Program-made: the position numbers and the translations under genes
The notes under the pieces: generated by a model
The model's database searches: none
The model's input: the letters and a program-made list of their open reading frames with translations, nothing else
Told to the model about the DNA's origin: nothing
Assembly (NCBI GenBank): GCA_038734945.1
Contig: JAVYOA010000003.1
Span: forward strand, 1 to 64,000
Direction of reading: 5' to 3'
Source: Fervidicoccaceae archaeon
GTDB lineage: Archaea; Thermoproteota; Thermoprotei_A; Sulfolobales; Fervidicoccaceae
DNA: 64,000 nucleotides
Part shown: positions 38,699 through 49,620 of the stretch, piece after piece
Layout of the letters: every line of letters begins with the position of its first letter
Position numbering within the stretch: position 1 is the first letter of the stretch

Positions 38699-39664
38699 CT
38701 ACTGCACAGAAACGCACCCAACTCTCTCGACAGCATTTCTTACTATTCTCGCAACTAAGCTGATTCCAACTTTGCTTGGCATAAGCTTCATCGCGAACTT
38801 TGCATATGTTGGTATTGGGGATCCACTTGCTTTTGGATGTCCGCCCCCTCCCAGCTCATATGCTATGTTTCTAACATTGCATCTGTTCGATCTGAACTCG
38901 AGCTTCCCCCTCTCATTAACGATTACTGCTATATCTGCATTGAATCGGGCCAGCATGAATTGTCCAAGCAAGCTAGAACTAATTTCGGGCTCTTTCTTAA
39001 TACCAATAGCAATTTTCAACTTCCCGCTCTCTAAGAGAAACACTTTTTCAATAAAGCTCTTTATATTCCTGAGCTCTAGCTCATGAATCTCTATTGCTCT
39101 AGGTATTGCCAATTTCATCAAGCTATCTATGCTTTCAGAAGATAGGAATGCTCTGTGCACCTTTGTCAGCCAAGATGGATCTCTACTGAAGCCGACATAT
39201 CTGACTAAAAAGGGAGAAAGTGGTTCATCGAACCTCCATTGATCTGCTGAGCATGTAATCTTAGCAAGATCAGCTATATAGGAATCTCCTTTGGCTTCTT
39301 CAGCTGCTATGCCAGTAGCGCATAGATCCTCATTCAATTTCAGCTCAATATTGGAATGCAACGCCGCATTCTTCCATTCATCTCTCCAAACATGATGATC
39401 AATCCATACCACTCTTTTTCCTCTTTTTCTAGCAGAAGACAAAATTTCCAGAGCATCCTCGAAAATTGCGGGATTTGGGCCGAGATCTGTTATAGCTATT
39501 AGTTCGACTTCCTGCATCCTCCTGCGAAATGATCTGAGAGTTAAGTGAAGAGAGTCAGGTTCAGTAAAAGCAACAGTATAATCATTTACATTCCATGCTC
39601 TCAGAAGGACTGCTGACGAAGCTACCCCATCAAGGTCCGTATGAGTGATTGAAAGCACAGTCAA
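38699..39664 (-). CDS. DHH/DHHA1 family phosphoesterase
   Basis: HTDLDG, ITDLG, WIDHH, GGGGHPKASG. Confidence 0.9.
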   Translation of the reverse strand: MTVLSITHTDLDGVASSAVLLRAWNVNDYTVAFTEPDSLHLTLRSFRRRMQEVELIAITDLGPNPAIFEDALEILSSARKRGKRVVWIDHHVWRDEWKNAALHSNIELKLNEDLCATGIAAEEAKGDSYIADLAKITCSADQWRFDEPLSPFLVRYVGFSRDPSWLTKVHRAFLSSESIDSLMKLAIPRAIEIHELELRNIKSFIEKVFLLESGKLKIAIGIKKEPEISSSLLGQFMLARFNADIAVIVNERGKLEFRSNRCNVRNIAYELGGGGHPKASGSPIPTYAKFAMKLMPSKVGISLVARIVRNAVERVGCVSVQ

Positions 39665-39753
39665 ATCCCACGTCGCCTCAATCTATACAAGTTTAGAAAT
39701 TTTCCATTTTAAAATAGATGCTTTTTCGAGTTGATTGGCTTCTGAGCATGGAT

Positions 39754-40740
39754 TTATGAGATAGAGCTTTCTCCTTTAAATAGAACAAGAGACGAAGAAT
39801 GCACTGCTACGTATGCTTTTTCACCCTCTTTCCACTCCTCATCAGCTCTTACCCTGACGAGAACTTTCAATCCACCATCGAGTTCGAGCTCCACTAGCTT
39901 GTAGGAGCCAAGGTACTGAATCCTCTTGATTGTTCCTTTCAGCTGTCCTTCTGTTCTGCTTAGCTGAGCATCCTCAGGTCTAAAGCCAACAGAGTCTGCA
40001 CCGTCTATGCCTAACAGATTTGCTGGAAGAAGGTTGCTATGACCGATAAAATTGAAGACAAACAAGTTCTTGGGCTTCCTGTATATCTCAAAGGGAGATC
40101 CGCTCTGAACAATTTTCCCATAGTTAAGCAGCATTATTCTATCGGCAAGCGCCATAGCCTCTTCCTGGTCATGTGTGACATGTATTACTGTCATCTCGAG
40201 CTCCTTTTGAAGTTCTTTTAGGAAGCCTCTAACCTCAATTCTAACTCTCGCATCAAGGTTGCTCAGAGGCTCGTCCAATAGCAATATCCGTGGCTCCTTT
40301 ACGAGAGCTCTTGCTATGGCTACTCTCTGTTGCTGTCCTCCGGAGAGCTGTGATGGGTATTTCTCGAGCTCGCTGGCTATTCCAAGTATCTGAGCTACTT
40401 GCCTTATTCTTTTATCTATATCTGCTTTACTAAGCTTCTTTATTCTGAGAGGCACAGCAATGTTTTCATACGCTGTTAGATGGGGATAAAGTGCATAGTT
40501 CTGAAAGACAAGTCCTATGTTTCTCATATATGGAGGAAGATATGTTATATCCTCCTCATCGAGAAGAACTTTACCAGCATCAGGATACTCAAGGCCAGCT
40601 ATAATTCTAAGAGTTGTCGTCTTTCCTGAACCGCTTGGTCCCAGCACTACATTGTAGCTCTTGTCGGCAAATACGTAGTCCTCTATCATGAGCTCGAACT
40701 TACCATACTTCTTCCTAATTCCTTTCAATCCAAGGGCCAT
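39754..40740 (-). CDS. Carbohydrate ABC transporter ATP-binding protein
   Basis: GPSGSGKT, FQNYALYPH, LSGGQQQR, DEPLSNLD, TOBE-like tail. Start ATG 40740. Confidence 0.93.
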   Translation of the reverse strand: MALGLKGIRKKYGKFELMIEDYVFADKSYNVVLGPSGSGKTTTLRIIAGLEYPDAGKVLLDEEDITYLPPYMRNIGLVFQNYALYPHLTAYENIAVPLRIKKLSKADIDKRIRQVAQILGIASELEKYPSQLSGGQQQRVAIARALVKEPRILLLDEPLSNLDARVRIEVRGFLKELQKELEMTVIHVTHDQEEAMALADRIMLLNYGKIVQSGSPFEIYRKPKNLFVFNFIGHSNLLPANLLGIDGADSVGFRPEDAQLSRTEGQLKGTIKRIQYLGSYKLVELELDGGLKVLVRVRADEEWKEGEKAYVAVHSSSLVLFKGESSIS

Positions 40741-40744
40741 ATAT

Positions 40745-42430
40745 TCAGACACCTCCTGAACCCCAGATCTTCTGCAGATTGTTCCTTCCAAAATAAAGTA
40801 GGAAAAGCGGAGGTATCGAGCTTATCACTCCCGCTGCTGCAACACCGCCATAGCTCATTGATACTGGACTCATGAGAAGCCCAATGAAGATAGAGAACGT
40901 TTGGGCTCCAGATAAGGATAGGGGATGGGAAAGATCAAGAGGAGAGTAGGTAAATGCTAGGGGGAATATCAGGGCTCCCCATGAATAAAGAAAAGCATAG
41001 ATAGCGGCAACGCTCAATCCGCTTCTACTCAATGGAAGGACCATTCTAGCAAAAGTCCTCAGGGGATTAAGACCGTCAACCTGGGCAGCCTCCTCAAGTT
41101 GCTTTGGAAACTTGAGATAATAGTTGTAGAGAATCCATGTGGTTACAGGAATTGTCATTATAGGATATGTTAGGATAAGAGCCCACCATGTGTTTATGAT
41201 TCCTAAATACTTCAGTATTGAGAACAGAGGAATTATGTAAATTAGTGTTGGAGTGGCATTCAGATAAAGAATGTAAATGAGCAGATTTCTTCCCCCTGCT
41301 TTGTGCAGGGCCATAGAATATGCCAATGGAGCAGAAAATCCTAGTGTTATAATTGTATTTATTGATGATACTGCTAAGGTCGTTATAATATATGGAAGGC
41401 CTTCGGTGAACATCAGCCTGAAGTTCGACATTGATAGAGTTTTTGGAAAAATCGTTGGAGGAATGCTGATCAGTTCAATGGGAGTCTTCAGAGAGACAAC
41501 AATTACCCAATACATTGGCACTAGAAAGAAAATTAGGTAGAGAGCCATTACTATCTTGTGAACCCAAAGCGGTAGGTCAAAAGATGGAAGGAAAGATGGA
41601 GCGGGGAACTTGACAAATTTTCTCGAACCAAGTGCCTTTATGTATAGCACAGCCAGCGCAGTTGAGAGTATGCTCATTAATACAATGATAGCAGCTGCAT
41701 ATCCTGGAACGCCAGAGTAGAACTGATCGAAAGCATAGTAAGCTAAGTTATCAAGAATGCGGGGACCTGCCTGAGAGGTTCCTATATAAATGGGATCGAA
41801 TGTGAAGAGGCCTGTTATTGTCATCAAGACGAATGCTGCTATTATCTGTGGCACAATGAGGGGCAAGTCAATCATAAATAGCTTTTTGGCTCCGCTTACT
41901 CCATCAACGCTAGCAGCTGCTTCTATTTCCTTTGGAATTGATGCGAGGCCTGAGTAAATAATGAGAGTTGCCATTGGGAGGCTTCTCCAGACGTTTACTA
42001 GAACAACTGTCCAGATGGACGAAGCCAGGTTCTCCTTTGTAAAATAGTATGCAAGTCCAAAAAAAGGATTTATCATTAGATACCACATGCTCGCAGCAGT
42101 TACCGGGGGTATGAAGGCAGGCAGCATTATGAGGAAGAGCCATTTGTTCCCTACTCTTTTAAGAGCGACAGCAAGTGGAATAGCTAGAAGAACGTCCAGA
42201 ACAGGAGTGCTTATCATGTACAATATGGTGTTGAACGTTATTCTAGTAAGATATGGATCTTTCTGGAACCACAAATAATTATCAAGTCCAGAGTAGTGAA
42301 GGTTCCCAAGAACGTCCTGAGTATATAAGCTTAAAATGAAATTGCTAACTATGGGATAGATTGTAAATATAAGAAGATAGGCTATGGCAGGTATAGAGAG
42401 TAAAAAAATGTATTTGTTTATCCTTCTCAT
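40745..42430 (-). CDS. Carbohydrate ABC transporter permease, fused MalF-like and MalG-like domains
   Basis: Two EAA loops (IEAAASVDG, LEEAAQVDG). Start ATG 42430. Confidence 0.9.
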   Translation of the reverse strand: MRRINKYIFLLSIPAIAYLLIFTIYPIVSNFILSLYTQDVLGNLHYSGLDNYLWFQKDPYLTRITFNTILYMISTPVLDVLLAIPLAVALKRVGNKWLFLIMLPAFIPPVTAASMWYLMINPFFGLAYYFTKENLASSIWTVVLVNVWRSLPMATLIIYSGLASIPKEIEAAASVDGVSGAKKLFMIDLPLIVPQIIAAFVLMTITGLFTFDPIYIGTSQAGPRILDNLAYYAFDQFYSGVPGYAAAIIVLMSILSTALAVLYIKALGSRKFVKFPAPSFLPSFDLPLWVHKIVMALYLIFFLVPMYWVIVVSLKTPIELISIPPTIFPKTLSMSNFRLMFTEGLPYIITTLAVSSINTIITLGFSAPLAYSMALHKAGGRNLLIYILYLNATPTLIYIIPLFSILKYLGIINTWWALILTYPIMTIPVTTWILYNYYLKFPKQLEEAAQVDGLNPLRTFARMVLPLSRSGLSVAAIYAFLYSWGALIFPLAFTYSPLDLSHPLSLSGAQTFSIFIGLLMSPVSMSYGGVAAAGVISSIPPLFLLYFGRNNLQKIWGSGGV

Positions 42431-42441
42431 ATTAAAGCCCC

Positions 42442-43938
42442 TCAGGAAGATACTTTCATTAGCTTTACCCACTGCTCGGCAATATAGTTCATTGCATACT
42501 CAGCTGTTATCTTACCTCTGAAGTAATCGGCTACTGTATTTATGAATATTGGCCTCAGGTCGGTGAAGAAGTTCGTTATATAGTTAACGAGAGCCATTCT
42601 CTTTAGATCAGGAATGCTCATTTCCTTCAGCAAAGGTATGAAGTTAGCAACCCAAGCAGTTTGATTTACCTTGGCTGCTTCCTCCATTCCGGAGAACGTT
42701 GCTGGGAGGAATCCATATAGCTGTGCACCCTTCCTATATTCTTCTGGAGTCATCATGAAGGCGATGAATTGTGCTGCTAGGTCTGGATCCTTTGAGTTCG
42801 GATTGATTCCTATGAAGGTTGGAGCCTGACCTGTTGCCACGCTGGGGAGAGGAGCAATGCCTATGTTCCCTGCAACTTTCGACATGGAGGCGTTATTGTA
42901 AATTGGTATAAAGCTTGTCCATGCAGCTACCATAGCATAGTCTCCTGTCAAGAAGAGATCTCTGAGCTGATCGTATTCCATCGCCTGCTGGTCTATTGGT
43001 GGCTCAAACTGTATCAGAGCCTTATGAGTTTCTAGAGCCTTTATTCCTGCTGTGCAGTTTATTGTAGGTACTATAGTTCCGTTAACGCTCTTGAATAATG
43101 CCCAATATCCATGAACTGGAATCCCCTGCGATGAGACTGCTGGAACAGCTGTGCATGAATCATTTAGAGCATACGTAAAAAATATTGCTACATATCCATT
43201 GAAAATCGACTGCGTCAATCCATCTGGAAAGAGAAGAGCATATTTTGTAATTCCTTTTGACTGGATAAATTGAGCAGCTGTTATCAGCTTATCCCATGTA
43301 TCCCACTTCGTTGGATCGAATGGAAAGCCATACTTGCTCTCGAACTCATTCTTCAATGTTTGATTTTGGAAGATGCTCTTCTGATAGACTAGGGCATAAC
43401 CGAAAACCTGTTGGAACGGCACTCCGGAAATCTTCACTATTCCTCCTTGGCTATCCAAAAGATATGTTGGAAGCAGAGTTGATGGTGGTATGTCGCTTAA
43501 ATTGAAGACACCCTTTGTGAAGTATGGTCTTACATCGAGGAGATACGGACCAATCGTTGATGCCTGAGAGGGGTAGTATATTATGAGATCTGGTGAGGGA
43601 TTTTGATTTCTGAGAGAAGTGAGTGCTGTGGTTACTAGCTGAGCGTATGGCACAGGCTGAACCTGTACGGTTACTTTCGGATATTTGGCCATAAAGTCAT
43701 TTGCAACCATCTGAATGAATGGCAAGAGAGTTGGATCGCCGGATGGAACCAGAATGCTCAGTGAACCGGAAAGCGAGGATGTGGTTGTTTGTGTTGTTGT
43801 TGGAGAAGTTGTTGTAGTAGTTGTTGTGGGAGCTCCGCCTCCTCTTGTGGCGAGATAGGCTCCAACAGCTACCACTGCCAGTATAACTACAACTATTCCA
43901 ATTAGGGCTGCTGATGATATTCCCCTCTTTCGAGACAT
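42442..43938 (-). CDS. Carbohydrate ABC transporter substrate-binding protein
   Basis: Class III signal peptide (KRG/ISSAALIG), Thr-rich linker, F.TGDYAM, SKVAGNIGIAPLP. Confidence 0.88.
   Translation of the reverse strand: MSRKRGISSAALIGIVVVILAVVAVGAYLATRGGGAPTTTTTTTSPTTTQTTTSSLSGSLSILVPSGDPTLLPFIQMVANDFMAKYPKVTVQVQPVPYAQLVTTALTSLRNQNPSPDLIIYYPSQASTIGPYLLDVRPYFTKGVFNLSDIPPSTLLPTYLLDSQGGIVKISGVPFQQVFGYALVYQKSIFQNQTLKNEFESKYGFPFDPTKWDTWDKLITAAQFIQSKGITKYALLFPDGLTQSIFNGYVAIFFTYALNDSCTAVPAVSSQGIPVHGYWALFKSVNGTIVPTINCTAGIKALETHKALIQFEPPIDQQAMEYDQLRDLFLTGDYAMVAAWTSFIPIYNNASMSKVAGNIGIAPLPSVATGQAPTFIGINPNSKDPDLAAQFIAFMMTPEEYRKGAQLYGFLPATFSGMEEAAKVNQTAWVANFIPLLKEMSIPDLKRMALVNYITNFFTDLRPIFINTVADYFRGKITAEYAMNYIAEQWVKLMKVSS
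43779..43828 (-). repeat. Low-complexity ACA/ACT run encoding the Thr/Ser linker of the binding protein
   Basis: PTTTTTTTSPTTTQTTTSS; GTT/GTA trinucleotide runs on the plus strand. Confidence 0.7.
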
Positions 43939-44040
43939 ATTATTCACCTGATATAAATTTTTCATTATCAAAGTGGTATAAATGACTTTTTAGAGATCAT
44001 GTGAGGTTACTATTTAATTTTTTTCTTTTAAAATGAAAAA

Positions 44041-45684
44041 TCATGCTGTTGGAGAAATTCCCGTTGCTACCGCCTTTGTGAGCCTCGAAAACAGCCATGT
44101 AGTAAATAGCGTTATAGCTATAAGTATTGTGGTTAGGGCTGCTCCATCTCCGAAAAATCCCTCCGAGAACATCATAAACGCTACAACTATGGCTGTCTCG
44201 ACCTGTACAGACAGGATAGCACTAGCACTGAGCTCCTTCACAGAGCTGTTGAAAACGAACACCCAGGAGCTGAGAAGACCTCTCATCAAAATAGGTAAGA
44301 CTATCCCTCTTAGGGTTTTGAAGAGGCTGACGCCGTGTATTCTGGAAGCCTCTTCCAGCGATTCATCCAGCTGCATTATGTTGGACTCAAGCGTCCTCGT
44401 AGCATATGGAAGGAATCTAATAATAAATGCGATTAGCAACATAACCCAAGTTCCGTATATGAGAGGATAAATTTTCCCGCTGGCAACTATAAGCCCCACA
44501 CCAATCACCAGTCCGGGAATACTGAACGGCAGAAATATGACGTAATCTGCTATTTTCGATGATATACCCTTTTCTCTAACGATCATATAGGCTACCAGGA
44601 AACCGAATAAGGAAGCAAAAGTAGCTGCAAGGACGCTTACTAAAAAAGTTACAGAGAGAGCATTGAGCACTCTGCCCATGCTGAGAACTCTTTGAAAATG
44701 ATATAGGCCTATGTTCTCGAGTGTGATTGGCAGGCCTATAGTTTTTATAAATGAGCCAAATGCCACTGATCCTATTGGAAGATAGACGAGAAGTAGGAGA
44801 ATAGAGATGAGCAATATTCCTATCTTGCCTCCTTTTTTCTTCTCTAATCTTCCGGCCTTACCTGAAATTGCTACATATTTTTTTCCTTTCAGCACGAGGT
44901 AGTTGATAGCGAGAAGTGAAATTCCTATGGCAGAGAGAATTAGAGAGAGGGCCTCAGCAAGTTCGTATTCAATAGGAGCTACAGTCATGAAGGAATAAAT
45001 CATTGTTGTGAGCACTGGATAGCCCACTGGTATTCCAAGGACTGCTGGTGCTCCGAACTCAGAAATGGAATATGCAAAGGAAAGAATAAAGCCTGAAAGA
45101 ATGTGCGGCCTGATTAGAGGGAGCACGATCTTCGTTGCTACCGATCTTGAGGGTATGCCATGTATCTTTGCTGCTTCTTCGAGCTCTGGGTTGAGGTTCT
45201 TGAGGCCTGTGTATATGCTTAGCAGAGCCAGAGGGTAGTTGTGCAGAGCAAATATTACTATTAAGCTGAATGGCCCATATGGATATATGGGACTCTGCAT
45301 TCCAAAAAGCTTTTCAAAGAATCCATTCTTTGTCCATATAAGGACCCAACCTATTGCCATAGCAAAGGATGGCATTATATAGGGGCCAGTCAGGAGAGAG
45401 AGAAGGAGTTCTTCTCTTCGATAGCTTCTTCTGGCTAGAATCCAGGCCAAAGCCAAGCCCAAAAGTGTTGATAATGCTGCAGAAATACCACATACGAAAA
45501 TTGAGTTCATCAGTGGTATTTTCAAGTAATATGGCTTTGAAAAAAGCGATTCGATCTTGTAACTTTCAGTCACACTGAGGTAAGCTACATCCCAAACTAT
45601 GAATGCTATAGGGGGTAATACTAGGAAAAAAATTAATGTTATAAGAATTGCTTTTGTTGTTGCCGGAATCATTTTTCGAGGCAC
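44041..45684 (-). CDS. Iron(III)/thiamine-type ABC transporter permease (FbpB-like, two-domain)
   Basis: Two EAA loops (ELEEAAKIHG, SLEEASRIHG), SEFGAPAVLG. Confidence 0.9.
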   Translation of the reverse strand: MPRKMIPATTKAILITLIFFLVLPPIAFIVWDVAYLSVTESYKIESLFSKPYYLKIPLMNSIFVCGISAALSTLLGLALAWILARRSYRREELLLSLLTGPYIMPSFAMAIGWVLIWTKNGFFEKLFGMQSPIYPYGPFSLIVIFALHNYPLALLSIYTGLKNLNPELEEAAKIHGIPSRSVATKIVLPLIRPHILSGFILSFAYSISEFGAPAVLGIPVGYPVLTTMIYSFMTVAPIEYELAEALSLILSAIGISLLAINYLVLKGKKYVAISGKAGRLEKKKGGKIGILLISILLLLVYLPIGSVAFGSFIKTIGLPITLENIGLYHFQRVLSMGRVLNALSVTFLVSVLAATFASLFGFLVAYMIVREKGISSKIADYVIFLPFSIPGLVIGVGLIVASGKIYPLIYGTWVMLLIAFIIRFLPYATRTLESNIMQLDESLEEASRIHGVSLFKTLRGIVLPILMRGLLSSWVFVFNSSVKELSASAILSVQVETAIVVAFMMFSEGFFGDGAALTTILIAITLFTTWLFSRLTKAVATGISPTA

Positions 45685-45696
45685 CGATTTATTCGT

Positions 45697-46755
45697 TCAT
45701 CCTCCGAATATAGATGTCCAGTTATCTCTCAGTCCAGCAACGTATGGCTGAAGATCATTTATTGTGACATTGAACGTTTTCATTTGACTCAATGGAGGAA
45801 GGCCAGGAGGTGTTGGTCCATCGATTCTGCTAGAATATGTATAAGCATTTGCCAAAGATATAGCGGCCTGTTTCGACAAAAGATATCTTAGAAGAAGGGT
45901 GGCATCTGATAGATGCTTGGTACCATTGATTATTCCGATGGGGCTTGGTATAATAATAGCACCATCATTTGGAATAGTATAGTTCAGGTTCGTGTATGTC
46001 TTCAGATACATTGTCAGAGTAATTCCAACAGGCCTTTCTCCAGTGGCTACTGATCTGGCAACGTCGGGGACGTCTTGAACCACGAGCGGATTGTTCTGTT
46101 TAAGCTGCTGGAAGTATCCCCAACCATACTTTGAGACCAGAGCTAGAACAGAGTACTGCCACGATCCTGAAACCATTGGATTAGCGATAACTAACTTGTC
46201 CTTCCATTGCGGCTGGAGCAGCTCCTGCCAAGACCTGGGGGGATTGCTGACAAGGGCTGGATTATACACTATGACCATTACCAGAAGTCTTCCCATAACG
46301 TAGTAGCCATTCGGATCTTTGTAAATGTTGGGAATGTACTGCATTTCGGGAACTGAGGGAATTTTTGCTATTAGTCCATTGTCCTGAAGGGTCTTGAAGT
46401 CAAAGTATCCAGCAAGATAGACAACGTCTGCCTTAATGCTTCCTGCTTTTTGTTCGGCCAAGATTTTCGCAACTACGCTACCAGATCCAGCTCTGTAATA
46501 GTCTAGCTTGGAAAAGTTGGAGAAATAAGTGTTCCAGTCCTTGATCCATCCGTCCATGATTTCCTGTGGAATTGATGTATATAGCATCACGCTTCCTGTT
46601 AGATCTGTGGGAATCTCTATTGTTTCTCCTGTTGACATAGTCACATGAGCTAAAGCTGGTCCTCCACCAGCTTCTCTTTCATATAGATAATATCCTAAAA
46701 CAGCTGCCACGATAACTACAGCAATGGCTATACCTAAGACTGCTTTGGATACCAT
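45697..46755 (-). CDS. ABC transporter substrate-binding protein (FbpA/AfuA-like)
   Basis: N-terminal TM anchor, LYTS, GSG.V.AKI.AE, PRSWQELL.P.WK..L..ANP..SGS. Confidence 0.88.
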   Translation of the reverse strand: MVSKAVLGIAIAVVIVAAVLGYYLYEREAGGGPALAHVTMSTGETIEIPTDLTGSVMLYTSIPQEIMDGWIKDWNTYFSNFSKLDYYRAGSGSVVAKILAEQKAGSIKADVVYLAGYFDFKTLQDNGLIAKIPSVPEMQYIPNIYKDPNGYYVMGRLLVMVIVYNPALVSNPPRSWQELLQPQWKDKLVIANPMVSGSWQYSVLALVSKYGWGYFQQLKQNNPLVVQDVPDVARSVATGERPVGITLTMYLKTYTNLNYTIPNDGAIIIPSPIGIINGTKHLSDATLLLRYLLSKQAAISLANAYTYSSRIDGPTPPGLPPLSQMKTFNVTINDLQPYVAGLRDNWTSIFGG

Positions 46756-46819
46756 GATCCCACTCCGAAAAATATTTTAAAAATTTTTTCAACAAGATTG
46801 CAAATAAATCTTTAGTTGA

Positions 46820-47911
46820 GTGGAAATGCCTGAGCTTTTTCTGGACGGGATCAGTAAGCAGTATGGAAAAGTAGTTGCTGTGAAAGATGTAACCCTGAAA
46901 GTAGAGGATGGGAAGATAGTGAGCTTGTTGGGTCCAAGCGGCTGCGGAAAGACGACAACCCTTAGAATCATTGCTGGGCTTACCTTGCCGGATAAGGGAA
47001 AAATTCTGCTTGGGGGAAGGGACATAACTTTCTTTCCACCAGAAAAAAGAGGCATGGGAATGGTATTTCAGAACTATGCAGTATGGCCCCACATGACTGT
47101 ATTTGATAACGTAGCCTTTCCATTGAAAAGCAAGGGTTTAAGCAAGGGAGAGATAGCATCGAGAGTAAAGGAAGCTCTCGAGCTCGTTAGAATGTACGAG
47201 CTGAGAAACAGGTATCCTCACCAGCTTTCTGGTGGACAGCAGCAGAGGGTTGCTCTAGCAAGAGCGCTGGCAGTATATCCAGAGGTGCTATTGCTCGATG
47301 AGCCCCTGAGCAACCTTGATGCCAGGTTGAGAGAGGAAATGAGATTTGAGATAAGGGAGCTACAGAGGAGGCTTAAGCTTACTGCTGTATATGTAACGCA
47401 TGACCAGCTTGAGGCATTCACAATTTCTGATAAAATAGCTGTAATGAACGAGGGGAAGATTCTTCAGATTTCTGAGCCCAGGGAGCTCTACAATAACCCA
47501 GCAAACGATTTCGTAGCCACATTTCTCGGTAAGCTGAATGCGATGAGAGGAGAGGTCACATCGGTTCTCGAGAACTGCTTCGCTCTGATAAGAACACCTA
47601 TAGGAATTCTGAGGGCAAGAATGACTAAGTGTGGAGAGGGCTTGAAGGGATCGAGAGTTTTAGTTGGGATAAGACCGCTCAGTTTGAAGATAGTCAAGAG
47701 AGAAGTCAACAAGGATGAGTGGAATTATGTTAGAGGAACTGTTGTTTCTTCAGTGTTCCTCGGAGATCTGTTCGAATACAAGGTCAAGGTTTCCGAGGAA
47801 GCTGTTCTTATAGTACAGTCCACAGAGGAAGCGAATGAGGGGGAAGAAATAGGACTTCTTCTTGATCCTGAAAGGCTTCTTGTTGTACCAATATACTCGG
47901 AGATTGCATAG
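46820..47911 (+). CDS. ABC transporter ATP-binding protein (FbpC/PotA-like)
   Basis: GPSGCGKT, FQNYAVWPHM, LSGGQQQR, DEPLSNLD, TOBE; divergent from its binding protein and permease. Confidence 0.93.
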   Translation: MEMPELFLDGISKQYGKVVAVKDVTLKVEDGKIVSLLGPSGCGKTTTLRIIAGLTLPDKGKILLGGRDITFFPPEKRGMGMVFQNYAVWPHMTVFDNVAFPLKSKGLSKGEIASRVKEALELVRMYELRNRYPHQLSGGQQQRVALARALAVYPEVLLLDEPLSNLDARLREEMRFEIRELQRRLKLTAVYVTHDQLEAFTISDKIAVMNEGKILQISEPRELYNNPANDFVATFLGKLNAMRGEVTSVLENCFALIRTPIGILRARMTKCGEGLKGSRVLVGIRPLSLKIVKREVNKDEWNYVRGTVVSSVFLGDLFEYKVKVSEEAVLIVQSTEEANEGEEIGLLLDPERLLVVPIYSEIA

Positions 47912-48137
47912 ATTTTCCATAGAAAAGTTATGGGCTCTAACACGCAAATAAAGTTTATCTTGGACCTTGCAGTAATTTGCAAGAGAAAACAACTCTATAA
48001 CAAACAGACTGAATATATTCATGAAACATTTTAGCGATTATTTTAAAAACTTAAGGTGTAGCATTTAATTTGTTATGATGACAAAATGATATGAAGATTT
48101 CGGTTTTGCCGGCAAAGCAATAGCAGAATTTCCATAG

Positions 48138-49616
48138 GTGCCAGAACGCATGTTACCTCCAGTGATACCTCAGTTCATTGAGGTTGATGATATCGTAAAG
48201 TTCAGCATGTTCTTGACATATATCAAATATGGGCTTTATTTTATTTGGATAGTTCCACTTTATAGAGGAATAGTAACATTCAAGTCATGGAAAACCCATT
48301 ATCAGAGCCTTGTGAAGATTCCCGCGAGAACTGAGGCTATACCCATTCTTCGCTATCCAACTGTAGCTGTTGTTATACCAGCTAGAAATGCATCCAAGTT
48401 CATAAGAAGCTCGATCCTTTCCGTTCTCAACCAAAGTGTTTTACCTAGAACTATATATGTTCTGAATGATGCATCCAAGGACAATACCTTAGAAGTTGTT
48501 CAAAATTTAATAGGAGAGCTATCGGGAGAGCTTATTGAAGTGAGAGCTGAAAAAGGGAGAACGCTTCTGAAGTATCGCGTTCACCTGAGAACAGGGAAGG
48601 AAATATATATAGCTATCATGTCATTCGCCTCCCATTCGGGAAAGCCAAAAATGATAAATTCTGTGCTAGGAGAAGTAGCAAAGGAACATGACTACATGCT
48701 AGTGTTAGATTCTGATACTATAGTGGAGAAAAAATATATTGAAAAATTAATGCATTTCATGAATAAGGACGAGAGTGTTGTTGGGGCAAATGGCACGGTA
48801 CTACTATGGAAACCGGAGGGAAGCGGAAAAGCATCATGGTTCTTCGCAAGAGCCTTTAGGAATATCGCCTCCCTCTATTATCTTCTCACAGTAAGATTCT
48901 CGGAAAGTGTTTTTAAGAGTGTTAACAGCCTAAATGGTAGCTGTGCTCTATATAAAGTAAAACCACTTATAGAAGTTGGAGGAATACCAGAGGATACTTA
49001 TGTAGAGGATACTTCAATAAGTTGGGAGCTTCAGCTTAGAGGATATAATGTTCTATACATACCTGGAGCTTATTCCTACACGGTTGATCCATCCTCTCCA
49101 AGAAGATTTTTCTCTAAGGTCTTCAGAATAACCTTGGGTATACAGAAGCTTTTCATTACAAGAGCAAAGAAGCTTGTTAGGAAAAGGAGGAGAAATCTTG
49201 TACTTACTTCTCTCTATACAAGCCTAGGCAGTCTTCCTTTCATTTTTGTCATTGCCAACACCATAATTTCAGCTATTCTTGCAGAGTTTGGAATCTATGG
49301 TGGCGGTCTATCTCAGTATATTTTCGGATCTCTCCAGTTCACTCCCATATCAATCGTACTAGCATTCATCTATAAGTACCCTCTCAGCTACTTGCTACTG
49401 AGCTATCTGATAGGCATACTTGAATCCTTTGCGATCTATAAGTTCCTAGAAAGGCTGTACAGAGAGGAGCCAAGCATAAGAGTATCCTTGAAGTCAGCAG
49501 GAAAAACAATAGTACTCGTGCCTCTAATACTGTGGGTGCAGGCATTCATAGCTCTAATTTCTCTCCCAATCTCAATATATCATGTCATTGCGAATAAGAA
49601 AATCAGCAGGTGGTAG
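48138..49616 (+). CDS. Membrane glycosyltransferase family 2 (processive synthase-like)
   Basis: VVIPARN, LNDASKD, GKP, LDSD, LNGSCALY, VED; N- and C-terminal TM segments. Confidence 0.85.
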   Translation: MPERMLPPVIPQFIEVDDIVKFSMFLTYIKYGLYFIWIVPLYRGIVTFKSWKTHYQSLVKIPARTEAIPILRYPTVAVVIPARNASKFIRSSILSVLNQSVLPRTIYVLNDASKDNTLEVVQNLIGELSGELIEVRAEKGRTLLKYRVHLRTGKEIYIAIMSFASHSGKPKMINSVLGEVAKEHDYMLVLDSDTIVEKKYIEKLMHFMNKDESVVGANGTVLLWKPEGSGKASWFFARAFRNIASLYYLLTVRFSESVFKSVNSLNGSCALYKVKPLIEVGGIPEDTYVEDTSISWELQLRGYNVLYIPGAYSYTVDPSSPRRFFSKVFRITLGIQKLFITRAKKLVRKRRRNLVLTSLYTSLGSLPFIFVIANTIISAILAEFGIYGGGLSQYIFGSLQFTPISIVLAFIYKYPLSYLLLSYLIGILESFAIYKFLERLYREEPSIRVSLKSAGKTIVLVPLILWVQAFIALISLPISIYHVIANKKISRW

Positions 49617-49620
49617 ACCC

